A stretch of 46,612 bases of DNA from positions 1-46,612 of the forward strand of contig JAKFVC010000133.1 in assembly GCA_021732415.1 (NCBI GenBank). Reading direction: 5' to 3'. The position numbers and the translations under genes are program-made. This stretch comes from Planctomycetaceae bacterium. GTDB lineage: Bacteria > Planctomycetota > Planctomycetia > Planctomycetales > Planctomycetaceae. The notes under the pieces were generated by a model. It did not search any database and had not been told where the DNA came from. It was given only the letters and a program-made list of their open reading frames with translations. Of the stretch, positions 9,382 through 19,300 are shown piece by piece; position 1 is the first letter of the stretch; each line of letters begins with the position of its first letter.

Positions 9382-10266
9382 TTACTCCTTCTTTTCGGCC
9401 GCCTTCTTCTCTTCAGCCGGCTTGTCTCCGTCCTTGGCTTCCGCCTTCTTCGCTTCCGCTTCGGCGGCCTTTTCGGCCTTGGTCTTCGGGGCAGCCTTCT
9501 TGCCCTTCACGGCAGCGGCTGGATCGGCATCGCCCTCGGCGCCTTCGGTTTTCTCAGCGTCGGCCTTTGCTTTTGCCGTCTTCGTCTTGGCCGTCTTGCT
9601 CTTCTTGCCGGTGCGTTCTTCCAGCGCCGCAAAATACTCGTCCGCATTCAGGGGCTCGGCTGACGTCACGTTGACGGCCATCGCGTTAATCGTTTTCTTG
9701 GACTTCACCAGCGTGCCTTCGACTTCGACGGCATCCCCTTCTTTAATCAGAGCCGGGTCAGAAATCTTGACGTTGATCGTCGGAGCCCCTTCGAACAACA
9801 CCTTCAACTGTTGCGGTCCGACTTGAACCGTCAGTCCATCGGCCTCCTTCGACAGGACCTTGCCGGACAGGGCGAAGACCGATTTGGCTTTCGGATCGGG
9901 TGTCAGTTGCGGTGGCGGCGCTGCTCCCACGAACACCGTGAATTCCTTGCCGGTGTACTGGTTGGGCATGTTACCGGTGACAGCCTCCGTCAGAATGGTC
10001 ACACCAGGTCGCAGGAAACCGTCATCGCCCTTGACCATCACCGCCAAACGAGTGGTCGGCTTGAGCGGCACATCGAACTCCGCGTCGTCCGCCGTACTCT
10101 TGATCTTCATCTTGTAGTTCTTGCCGGTCTTCTCTTTCTCGATGCTGACGACCGATCCCGGGATAAACTCCCCCCCCTTTTTGGCCTGGGCCAGCACCGG
10201 CGATCCGAACATGGGCAGGCATGCCAGCGACAGCAATGCGACGAAAACTTGTGTCGAGCGAACCAT
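9382..10266 (-). CDS. Hypothetical secreted protein with a C-terminal Lys/Ala/Glu-rich histone-H1-like tail
   Basis: Signal peptide MVRSTQVFVALLSLACLPMFGSPVLAQA, a beta-rich middle region, then a ~80-aa KTAKTKTAKAKADAEK...KKAAEKKE tail. A Shine-Dalgarno-like motif is present upstream. Confidence 0.55.
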   Translation of the reverse strand: MVRSTQVFVALLSLACLPMFGSPVLAQAKKGGEFIPGSVVSIEKEKTGKNYKMKIKSTADDAEFDVPLKPTTRLAVMVKGDDGFLRPGVTILTEAVTGNMPNQYTGKEFTVFVGAAPPPQLTPDPKAKSVFALSGKVLSKEADGLTVQVGPQQLKVLFEGAPTINVKISDPALIKEGDAVEVEGTLVKSKKTINAMAVNVTSAEPLNADEYFAALEERTGKKSKTAKTKTAKAKADAEKTEGAEGDADPAAAVKGKKAAPKTKAEKAAEAEAKKAEAKDGDKPAEEKKAAEKKE

Positions 10267-10397
10267 CGATTTGCATCTCCTGCCACCGACGGTGGCGTCG
10301 ACATTTCGGGATGAAGTAGAACCCAGGAAGTACTCCCTAAAATACCGTCAAGACGGGCGACATCCAAGTGTGGTTGACAAATCGGCCGTGTGGGGGA

Positions 10398-10523
10398 ATG
10401 ACTAATGCCTAATGACTAATGTCTAAAAGGAAGGATAAATTGCGGCCGTTCTGGGAGGAACGACTGACTATCAAGGCCCCGATTTCCATCCTTTTAGACA
10501 TTAGTCATTAGACATTAGACATT
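10398..10523. repeat. Word-built hairpin (ctaatg units): atgactaatgcctaatgactaatgtctaaaagg ... ccttttagacattagtcattagacattagacat, with a ~55-nt loop, in the divergent region between the 9382-10266 gene and lysA
   Basis: ~33-bp arms with 2-3 mismatches, read directly. It lies in a 5' or promoter context, not a 3' one. Confidence 0.6.
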
Positions 10524-10627
10524 TCCTCCCTTACCCGCGGTACAGTTTTCACGCTGACAACGGTGGACTATCATAGATGTCTTGAACTGCCAACCACTCT
10601 CCTGCGAACGCACCCCGGACTGAAGTC

Positions 10628-11908
10628 ATGGATTATTTTCACTACCAGAACAACGAATTATTTTGCGAAGAAGTCCCCGTGGCCGAACTGGCCAAGGAAT
10701 TCGGTACGCCACTGTGGGTCTATTCGAAGCGCACTCTGCTACATCACGTCCGCCAGATTCAAACAGCTTTCGCGGCCGTGGAGCCGGTGCTGTGTTACTC
10801 GGTGAAGGCCAATTCTTCGCTGGGAATCCTGAAAGTCATGCAGGAAGCCGGCACCAGTTTCGACGTAGTGTCTGGTGGTGAACTGTTCCGAGTCCAGAAG
10901 GCGGGAGCCGATACGACGAAGGTCGTGTTTGCCGGCGTTGGCAAGACCGACGCGGAAATTCGTCAGGCGCTGGAATGCAAAGTCCTGATGTTCAACGTCG
11001 AGAGCGAAGCCGAACTGGACGCGATTGCGGCGGTCGCCGGTTCGATGAATGTCGTGGCTCCGGTCGCCTTGCGGCTTAATCCCGATGTCGACGCGAAGAC
11101 TCACGCCAAGACAACCACGGGGAAGAAGGGCAACAAGTTCGGTATGGATATCGAACGGGCCGGCATGCTGGCGAAGAAGGTGCTGGCGGACAAGCGGTTG
11201 GCTCTGAAGGGCATCCACATGCACCTGGGGTCACCGATCCTCACCATTGAGCCCTATGCCGAGGCCGTGGAAAAGGCCACGCAGGTCATTCGCGACTACC
11301 GTGCCCAGGGCCACGACATCAACTGGATCAATCTCGGTGGTGGCTTCGGCATCAACTACCGCCAACAAGAAGCCAAGCCGGCGTCGGCATTTGCCGAGGT
11401 CATCGTGCCTGCCGTGCAGTCGGTGAATTGCCGCCTCGCTCTGGAACCCGGCCGGTTTATCGTGGGCAACGCTGGCGTCCTGTTGAGTCAGGTCATCTAC
11501 ACCAAGCGTGAAGGGGGCAAGTTGTTCGTTATTCAAGATGCGGCGATGAACGACCTCGTTCGCCCGGCGATGTACGATGCCTTCCACCGGATCTGGCCAG
11601 TGGCCCCTTCAGTGACCCCGCCGACCGATTACGAAGCCGAAATCCCCGGTTGCGAACCGGCGGATGTCGTCGGGCCGATCTGTGAATCTGGCGACTATCT
11701 GGCCAAAGGCCGCTGGTTGCCGCCAGTGGTGCGTGGCGATTTACTGTGCACCTTCAGCGCGGGAGCCTACGGGACCGCGATGAGCAGCAACTACAATTCA
11801 CGCCCGCGCGGAGCGGAAGTCATGGTTGACGGATCCAATTACAAGCTGATCCGCCAACGCGAAGATTACGGCGATTTGGTGGCCCGCGAGTTGGTATCGC
11901 TGGGGTAG
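10628..11908 (+). CDS. lysA: Diaminopimelate decarboxylase
   Basis: PLP-attachment motif YSVKAN; GGGFGI motif; CESGD motif characteristic of LysA; EPGR and C-terminal SAGAYG motifs; 426 aa. Confidence 0.9.
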   Translation: MDYFHYQNNELFCEEVPVAELAKEFGTPLWVYSKRTLLHHVRQIQTAFAAVEPVLCYSVKANSSLGILKVMQEAGTSFDVVSGGELFRVQKAGADTTKVVFAGVGKTDAEIRQALECKVLMFNVESEAELDAIAAVAGSMNVVAPVALRLNPDVDAKTHAKTTTGKKGNKFGMDIERAGMLAKKVLADKRLALKGIHMHLGSPILTIEPYAEAVEKATQVIRDYRAQGHDINWINLGGGFGINYRQQEAKPASAFAEVIVPAVQSVNCRLALEPGRFIVGNAGVLLSQVIYTKREGGKLFVIQDAAMNDLVRPAMYDAFHRIWPVAPSVTPPTDYEAEIPGCEPADVVGPICESGDYLAKGRWLPPVVRGDLLCTFSAGAYGTAMSSNYNSRPRGAEVMVDGSNYKLIRQREDYGDLVARELVSLG

Positions 11909-11999
11909 AGCGATATTCCTACGGCGAGCGTTGGGCGTAAGCCCAATGGTTGTTAGCGACCGTCGAAAAAGGCCATTTCGCAATAGTTAATTCGACGTT

Positions 12000-12085
12000 A
12001 TGGGAGGGTGAGGCTCCCGCCGAACCGGATAGTCTGGCGAGGGCCGATAAACGCTTGCGGTTCGGCGGGAGCCTCACCCTCCCAT
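12000..12085. repeat. Family-1 palindromic element: atgggagggtgaggctcccgccgaaccg ... cggttcggcgggagcctcaccctcccat, between convergent lysA and the GT2 gene
   Basis: 28-bp near-perfect arms. Its core is shared with the copies at 24431 (same orientation) and 41202 (inverted). Confidence 0.75.
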
Positions 12086-12110
12086 CAAGTCGATTTGCGA
12101 ATCCGAGCAC

Positions 12111-13310
12111 TCACGCTGGACGCTCGCCTACCAGCGTCTTCGGCGACCGATAGACATTCGCCTTCAAAATATCCAGTGGATAGAACGTATCGCGCCAACG
12201 GACTCCCCCTTGCCGCATCGTGACCCAGCCTGATCTCACGAAGGCAAATTGCGTCAACAGCAAGGCAATCGGAAAGACCGGCCAGAGGCAATAAGACCTT
12301 GCCATTTTCCAACTGAGATATCCGTACGTCACGTGCATGACTAGTAGGGTGGCGAGAAACCCCGACGCGCGCCAGTCGGGAAACAAGAACGGTGCCACGT
12401 ACGGAATTGCCAGCCCGGCGACCAGCGTCAACGTCATCGAGATCAGTCGCGGGACCGAGAAATGCAGTACGGCGAAACCATTCTTCTCCAGGCCCCGAAT
12501 TGCGCCCCACAGGGAATGTTGCCACCGGACACTGACGAAGGATTCGGCCGCCAGAATATCGCACCGAAACTGGTGATCCTTCATCATCTGTCCGAGTCGC
12601 ACGTCATCCAGGATTTCGAGGGCCAGCTTCCGGTGTCCGCCAGCACAATCGTAGGCCGTGCGGCGGACCATATTGAAGGCTCCGATCCCCACGTAAGAGT
12701 TCTTTTCTAACGGATTGCGAACCTTGTTCGGCCGTGTTCCCGCCATGAATGCCAGGGAAAAGAACACGATCACGGCGTTTTCCCAATAGTCCCCGGGAAT
12801 CATGCGCGGGAAGAGCGTCAGCATGTCGATCCGCTCGGACACAGCATACAGAACCGCACGCCGCAGAGCCGTTTTCTCGAAAATCACATCGCCGTCTGTG
12901 AACAGCAGCCAGTCTCCGTGGGCCGCCAGTTGTCCTAAATGCATGGCATGGTTTTTCCCCAGCCAGCCTTCCGGGAGCTCGGTGACATGAATCACTTTCA
13001 GCCGCGGGTCAGTGGCCGCCAGTTCGTCCATCACGCGGCCCGTTTCATCCCGCGACCGGTCATCAATGGCGATGATTTCCAGTCGTGGATAGTCACTGGC
13101 CAGCAGCGATTTCAACCCGGCGGAGATGTGCGGCCCCTCGTCGCGAGCGGGCACCATGACCGATAACAGCGGCCAGTCGGTTTGATCCGGCAGGCGTTCT
13201 GTGAATCTGAGTAACGTGCGATATCCCGCCGCGGAAAAGATCGGCAATAGTTGCTGGCACCAGGCCAGGCAGACGACCCAGCCGAAAATGAATGCAGCCC
13301 ACCACCACAT
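12111..13310 (-). CDS. Family-2 glycosyltransferase, membrane-anchored (HpnI / ceramide-glucosyltransferase-like GT2/GT21 type)
   Basis: N-terminal TM helix. The DxD region is AIDDRSRDETGRV...DPRLKV. Several C-terminal TM helices. 399 aa. The subfamily call is tentative. Confidence 0.75.
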   Translation of the reverse strand: MWWWAAFIFGWVVCLAWCQQLLPIFSAAGYRTLLRFTERLPDQTDWPLLSVMVPARDEGPHISAGLKSLLASDYPRLEIIAIDDRSRDETGRVMDELAATDPRLKVIHVTELPEGWLGKNHAMHLGQLAAHGDWLLFTDGDVIFEKTALRRAVLYAVSERIDMLTLFPRMIPGDYWENAVIVFFSLAFMAGTRPNKVRNPLEKNSYVGIGAFNMVRRTAYDCAGGHRKLALEILDDVRLGQMMKDHQFRCDILAAESFVSVRWQHSLWGAIRGLEKNGFAVLHFSVPRLISMTLTLVAGLAIPYVAPFLFPDWRASGFLATLLVMHVTYGYLSWKMARSYCLWPVFPIALLLTQFAFVRSGWVTMRQGGVRWRDTFYPLDILKANVYRSPKTLVGERPA

Positions 13311-13535
13311 GCGAGGCCTCTTCGATGACGCGATTTGACACTTTTTTCAAACAGATTTATTGCCGATCCGGATCGCAGTATGACGGCGAGTGGCCAAACT
13401 TGGCAGTCTCGATGCTGGGACTGATGGCGGTCCGTCGAAGTTTCCCGGGTGAAATCGCAGCCTCGGGCTTCAGACCGCGCCGCAGTCCGTTACAATGAGA
13501 GGACTTCCGTGGCCGACGCCAACGGAAGTCCGTTT

Positions 13536-13614
13536 GTGAGCGGAATGGCGCTAGCCACCGGTTTTGTGTGCAGTCAGCGTTAGAAAAACCGGCGGCTAGC
13601 GCCGGGCCGCTCAC
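13536..13614. repeat. Family-2 palindromic element: gtgagcggaatggcgctagccaccggtttt ... aaaaccggcggctagcgccgggccgctcac. A separate 10-bp stem hairpin precedes it at 13501-13531 (ggacttccgt ... acggaagtcc).
   Basis: Inverted repeat with ~30-bp arms, read directly. A homologous copy is at 29653-29730. Both lie in divergent intergenic regions. Confidence 0.7.
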
Positions 13615-13656
13615 CGGGTTAGACAACACAGTCACAGATTCCGAACGATTTCCAAT

Positions 13657-16164
13657 ATGGGGTTGATTGCCGCGACGCTTGAGCCCTTGCCCCCGTGGAC
13701 CCTCGCCGTCATGGCGGCGGCGGGTGTGGTTGGCGTCTATGGATTTCGGGCGACAGCCTCGCTGACGGGGATCTGGGCCGCGATTCGGTCGGGTTTGCGG
13801 CTGGTATCGAGCCTCGTCCTGGCCTATACGGTTTTGGGAGCGGCATTGATCGGCCTGCGGATGGTATTTCCGGAACTGGCGGTGCAGATTAATCCCGTCT
13901 GGCCCTGGCCGATGGTGCTCGCCATGAGCTTGTCGGCAGTCGGAGTCGTTCTGGGAACCTATCCGCAACGGCTGGCGGCGTTTGGGCCGTGGCAGCGTGG
14001 TTTGTTGCTCGGGTTGCGTTTGGCGGCGGCGTTAATGTTGATGCTGGCGATGTTGCGGCCGGGGTTGCAATGGTCTAAGAAAAACGACCGGGCGATTTTG
14101 TTTCCGATCCTGTGGGACGTCAGCCGCAGCATGATCACGAAGGATGAGACTGGCGGTGCCTCGCGTTTCGAGACGCAGCGAAAATTGCTCATTGAAGTTC
14201 AGTCCCTGTTGGAGCAGCTACGCAAGAAGGTCCAAGTACCGGAATATGGATATAGCCAGGATCTCGTGCCGATCGTGGCTGAAGATCTGGCCCCCAAGCC
14301 CGGAAGTTCCGGAGACCCCAAAGGCGAACAGACGGCGATCGGCTTCACGCTCGACGCGCTGCTCAAGCAGTACCCCAACCAGCCGATCGCTGGCATCTTG
14401 ATGCTGGGGGACTTCGGCCAACGAGCCCTTCCCCCCTATGACCTCGATCCACGCCTGGTCGCCACGCGACTGGCCGAACTGCACATTCCCGTCTACACCG
14501 TACCGTTTGGAGCGACCAGTCTGTCGACCTCGGGCCGCGATCTGATTGCTGAGGACTTGGTCGTCAGTCCGACCGTCTTCGTCAAGAACACGGTCATTGT
14601 GGGAGCCAAAGTTCGGGCCTTGGGAGCCGCCGGGCGCGAGCAGACCGTTCAACTGCTGGTCGAACAGCCGACGAATCGCCAGCCCGGTCAGCCGGCGCAG
14701 ATGGAAGTCCGAAAATCGATCAAGATCCGCCCCGTCGGGAATGAAGACATCATCCCGGTGGAACTCGATTTTACTCCCCAGCAGTCGGGAGAATTCCGCG
14801 TCAGTCTGAAGGTCCTCCCCGACGAAGGGGAACCGGTCGTCACCAACAATGAGGTCACGACGTTCATCACCGTGTTGAAGGGTGGCCTGAGCATCGCGTA
14901 CTTCGACGTCGCTCGCAACGAGCGTACGCCGATTGCCAGTCTGGCGAAGTCCCCCGACATTCAACTCGACTTCAAGTTGATCCGGATCGGACCGCAATTT
15001 GGTGAAGTCACCCTGGAATCGGAATGGTTCCAGCCTGGTAAATACGACGTGTTCATCATCGGTGATGTCCCCGCCGAGGTCTTCCAGCAGCCGCGGATGA
15101 AGGTGCGTCCGCTGCAGGCGATTCACGATGCGGTTGAGAAGGGGGCTGGACTGTTGATGCTCGGCGGAATGCAGAATTACGCGGCGGGCGGCTACGCCGA
15201 GACCCCGCTGGCGGCGACGCTGCCGGTCGTGATGAATCCCGCCGATAAGGCGGCTGCCGGGAATATCAACAAGAGCCTCAATTTGCTCGGACCACAGCGG
15301 ATTGAACCAACCTCCGATGGGTTGAATCACTTTGTGATGCGGATCGATACTCCCGCCCGCAACCTGGCCAAGTGGCACGAATTGCCGCCGCTGAATGGGG
15401 CGACGAAGCTCGGACGGCCCAAGGATCTGGCTCAGATTCTGGCGCGCAACACCGAGGGCATTCCGCTGTTGATTGCCCAGGATTATGGACGTGGCCGATC
15501 GATGGCCTTCGCGGGCGATACGACGTTTCTCTGGGCCTTGGCCGGGCACGAAGATGTGTCGCAACGATTCTGGCGGCAACTGATTCTCTGGCTGGCGCAT
15601 AAGGAATTGCAGGGAGATAGCTCCGTCTGGCTGAAATTGAACGAACGGCGATTCCGTCCCGGTCAGCCGGTCGATCTGACGTTCGGTGCCAAGAACAAAG
15701 ACGGCGTCGCCATCGCAGACGCCCAGTTCAAGGTCCAGGTTTTTACTCCCAAGGGCGAGCCGAAACTGCTCGCCCCGCAGCTCACGGGGACCGAGCACAC
15801 CGCCCGTTTTACCGAGGCCCTGGCGCCCGGCGAATACACGGCTGTGGTCGAGGCAACGCATCAGGGGCTGCCAGTGGGGAGCCAGGCTCGGTCCCGGTTT
15901 ATGGTCTACGAGCACGATCTCGAACTGCACAATCCCGCCGCGGACAGCGCGTTTGCCGCCGAACTGTCCGAAACGACGGGCGGAAAAATGTTGAAATCAG
16001 AAGAGTTGGCGAGTTTTCTGCGCGATCTGCTCAAACGGGACTTACAACCGGACGACCGGCGTTTGACCACGGTTTCGCTGTGGGACAACTGGTTGTTCGT
16101 GCTGTTGTTCGTAACTATTATGACGGTCGAGTGGTTTCTGCGAAAAACTCGGGGCTTGGTCTGA
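13657..16164 (+). CDS. BatA-like membrane protein: N-terminal double-transmembrane anchor + VWA domain (DxSxS MIDAS-like motif DVSRS) + class-I glutamine-amidotransferase-like / DUF4159-like C-terminal region + C-terminal TM helix
   Basis: Two N-terminal hydrophobic helices. ILFPILWDVSRSMITKDETGGASRFE matches the VWA MIDAS pattern. VFIIGDVPAEVF and GAGLLMLGG segments. A C-terminal TM (LFVLLFVTIMTVEWF). Assigned by motif recognition only. Confidence 0.6.
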   Translation: MGLIAATLEPLPPWTLAVMAAAGVVGVYGFRATASLTGIWAAIRSGLRLVSSLVLAYTVLGAALIGLRMVFPELAVQINPVWPWPMVLAMSLSAVGVVLGTYPQRLAAFGPWQRGLLLGLRLAAALMLMLAMLRPGLQWSKKNDRAILFPILWDVSRSMITKDETGGASRFETQRKLLIEVQSLLEQLRKKVQVPEYGYSQDLVPIVAEDLAPKPGSSGDPKGEQTAIGFTLDALLKQYPNQPIAGILMLGDFGQRALPPYDLDPRLVATRLAELHIPVYTVPFGATSLSTSGRDLIAEDLVVSPTVFVKNTVIVGAKVRALGAAGREQTVQLLVEQPTNRQPGQPAQMEVRKSIKIRPVGNEDIIPVELDFTPQQSGEFRVSLKVLPDEGEPVVTNNEVTTFITVLKGGLSIAYFDVARNERTPIASLAKSPDIQLDFKLIRIGPQFGEVTLESEWFQPGKYDVFIIGDVPAEVFQQPRMKVRPLQAIHDAVEKGAGLLMLGGMQNYAAGGYAETPLAATLPVVMNPADKAAAGNINKSLNLLGPQRIEPTSDGLNHFVMRIDTPARNLAKWHELPPLNGATKLGRPKDLAQILARNTEGIPLLIAQDYGRGRSMAFAGDTTFLWALAGHEDVSQRFWRQLILWLAHKELQGDSSVWLKLNERRFRPGQPVDLTFGAKNKDGVAIADAQFKVQVFTPKGEPKLLAPQLTGTEHTARFTEALAPGEYTAVVEATHQGLPVGSQARSRFMVYEHDLELHNPAADSAFAAELSETTGGKMLKSEELASFLRDLLKRDLQPDDRRLTTVSLWDNWLFVLLFVTIMTVEWFLRKTRGLV

Positions 16165-16213
16165 GTGTTAAGTCGAGTAGAATAAGGATGCTGTGTCGAA
16201 TGTATGGGTTGTC

Positions 16214-16266
16214 GTGGCCGACGCTGCTAGCGTCGGTTCCGATCCGACGCTAGCAGCGTCGGCCAC
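16214..16266 (+). terminator. Perfect 23-bp stem / 7-nt loop hairpin (gtggccgacgctgctagcgtcgg ttccgat ccgacgctagcagcgtcggccac) between the BatA-like gene and the giant low-complexity gene. Putative intercistronic terminator or attenuator.
   Basis: Read directly. It sits 50 nt after the stop at 16164 and 80 nt before the ATG at 16346. No U-tract follows it. Confidence 0.45.
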
Positions 16267-16345
16267 GGGGATTGCGACACAGATCCCATCGAAAATGCAA
16301 ATCATCATCGTGATCTTCTCCCGATGACATCAGAAGAGGTGCGGT

Positions 16346-19300
16346 ATGGCCACGACAGTGGAACCTCGAGACGGAACGCAGCCTTATGTGGATGCCGATG
16401 AATACATCGACTTCCAATTGGCGAAGACGCAGTCTCAGATCAAGGCCACCGAGATCCTGACCTCGGCCAGTTGGCTCGGACTGGCTGTGCTGGGCTATGT
16501 GCTGACGTTCGTCATTCTCGACCAATGGGTCATCCCCGGTGGCTTCGGCACTTGGCCCCGAGCCATCTGGCTCGGCGCCCTGCTGATCGGCGGCGGAACT
16601 TGGCTGACCACTCGCGTATTAATGCCTTGGTTCAAGACGGTCCACGAACTCTACGCTGCGAAGATGATCGAGTCAGCCGATCCGACGTTGAAGAGTTCGT
16701 TGTTGAATCTAATCGACCTCCAGATCCATGACCGCAAATCACAGTCGGCCCTCGTTCGCACGTCAATGGAAAAGCGCGCGGCGGTCGAGTTGTCGCGGGT
16801 GGATGTGGACCACGCGATCGACCGGCAGGCTTTGTTGCGAGTCGCCTATGCGCTGCTGGGGATGCTCGTCGTCTGCAGCCTGTACGTGATGCTGTCTCCG
16901 AAGGATGCTTTTTCTTCGGTCCAGCGACTCTTGTTGCCCGCCTCGCAAACGGCCGTTGCCACACGGACTGCGATCGCGAATATCACGCCTGAAGATACTC
17001 GAGTCCTGGCCGGTGAGTTGTTGACGGTTGAGGCTGACATCCTGGGCCAGACGCCGAAACAAGTCACCCTGGTCTATACAACCGAGGATCACGAATTCGT
17101 CGATCAGCCGGTGGAAATGCAAAAGGTCGAAGAGGGAACTTCGCGCTTTCGGGGTGTCATCAGCGGCGAAAAAGGGCGCGGGTTGATGCAGAACCTCACC
17201 TACCACCTGGAAGCGGGAGATGCTCGGACCCGGGACTACAACGTGCAGGTGCTCGAGCCGCCCTCTTCGAAGGTGGAAAGTGTCAATTACACGTTCCCGG
17301 CCTACATGAAGCTCGAGCCGAAGAAGCATCCCGGCGGCCACATTGATGCGTGGGAAGGGACCAAGCTGGCCCTCACTGCTTTCACCAATCTGCCGGTCCA
17401 GTCGGCCATGCTGGTGATGACCGATACCGACAATCCCCTCGCGAAAGGGGAAGAAGTCGTGATGAAGATCACCAACGGCAAGGAACTGTCCGCCGAATGG
17501 ACGCTCGAGTTCCGCAGCGATGGGACCTTTGCCCGCTACTACCACATCGAATGCAAGACGGCTGCCGGGGAGAGCGATCCGCAGCCGACGGTGTATTCCA
17601 TCAAGATTCAGCCGGACCAGCGGCCCGATGTGTCGCTGTTGCACCCGACGCAGGATTTAGAGCGACCGGCGAATGCCGTGGTGCCGCTGTCGGTCAAGGC
17701 GTCTGATCCCGACTTCAATCTGCGGTTCGTCACGCTGCGTGTGGAAAAGGCCGGCGAGGAGATCTTGAGTGCCGCGTTGCTCGATGAGGAACGGCCGAAT
17801 TTCGAGGGGACGCACGACCTGCAGTTGGAGAAGCTGAGTGCCGCCGGACTGAAACCAGGAGATGAGATCCTGTATTGGATTGAAGCTCGCGACAACAAGC
17901 AGCCACATGGCAATCGATCGGCGACACCCAGGTTGAAGATCAAGATCACGGCCCCGGCGAAGGCCGAAGAACTCAAGCAACAGTTGGAAGAAGATCGCCA
18001 GAAACTACTCCAGCAGCAACAAGCGGACGAAGCGAATCCTGAGACGAATCCGAACGATCCGAAACCCCAGCCGCCGGAAGGGGCTCAGGACAAGGATCCG
18101 CGTCCCAGGAAGCCTGGCGAGCCCAAGAAAGTACGCAAGCCGGGAGATCCCAAGCCGCGCGAAGAAGAGGGTCAACAACCCGATGAGCCGGGCGACAAGC
18201 CCGAAGAACGCCCCAATCAACCTGAGCAGCAGCCCAACAAGCCTGAAGGCGAACAGCAGCCCAATCAGGGGGCAGACAAGAAGCCGCAGCAAGGCGCGAA
18301 GGGACAGGAGCAGAATCAGCCAGGGGGAGAGAAACAGCCCGGTAAGCCGCAGGCTGGCGGAGACGGTGCAGAGGGACAGAAAGAAGAAGCTGGCGACGGG
18401 CAGCAGGGGAAACCGGGTGGTAAGCCCTCCCAGAAACGCGGCGACGGTGCGCAGCAGGATCCCGCTCAGAAGAAACAAGGTCCAGCCGACGACGAGGAAG
18501 CCTTAAAGAAATTCATCGAAAAGCAGCAGCAGGCTGAATCGAATTCCAACGAATCCGAGAAAGAGACGCAGCCCGGCGCTGAGCAGCAGTCATCCGCTGA
18601 TAAGAAGTCTGGTGAGCAAAAGGGTGCTCCCAAGGAGAAAAAGAACGGGAAGTCCGAAGACGGCAGCGATGAGACTCCAGCCAAGCCAGACAGAATTCAG
18701 CCGGGGGAAAATCCGGCTCAGAAGCAATCTGGAAGCGGCCGGCCACGTTCTGAAACCGACAAGAAGATGGATCGAATATTGGGCCGTGATCTGAAGAAGA
18801 CAGCCGGTTCAGATCAGCCGAACTCTTCCGACGAGGAAAGTCGGTCAAAACCAGAAGGAGAGAGCGAGCCCAAGCCTGGGGCTGCCAATAAGCAGAAGTC
18901 CGCGAACAAGAAGTCGACCGGTGAGCAGTCGAATTCTGATTCGAAGCCGGGTGAAACTCAATCCGGTCCAGAAGCCAAACCTAATCCGAATAGCACGCCG
19001 CAACCGGGCGAAGATCAGAACGACAAGACTCAGTCCGGCAAGACCGACCCCAAGGGCAAGGCGATGGAAAAGCCCGAAAAGGGTGATCAACCCGGGCAGC
19101 CGCGCGGTAAGACCGGAGACGAGAAGTCCAATAACGATAACGAAAAAGATCCCGAAGCTGGTCCTGGAGATTCGCCGAAGGATCCGAAGAATGGCGATGC
19201 CGGGGACCAGAAACCGGGGGACAAACAGCCTGGCAAAAATGGTCCGATGGGGAAGAAGCCACAGCCCGAAGAAGGCAAACCCGGCGAGGGTGCGACAGCT

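Noticed and set aside
13292-13498. 68-aa ORF in the divergent region upstream of the BatA-like gene
   Set aside because: It overlaps the GT2 gene start on the opposite strand and has no RBS or motif support. The region is better explained as a promoter or repeat region.
15372-15392. Sigma-54 promoter-like TGGCACG-N4-GCCG at ~15377
   Set aside because: It is inside the BatA-like coding sequence. The -12 element is GCCG rather than TTGC. It is probably a chance match. An rpoN gene is present in the window, but I found no convincing -24/-12 promoter in the intergenic regions by eye.
14218-15930. 570-aa ORF antisense to the BatA-like gene
   Set aside because: Same reasoning: antisense within a motif-supported gene, Arg/Gly/Leu-rich, with no domain signatures.
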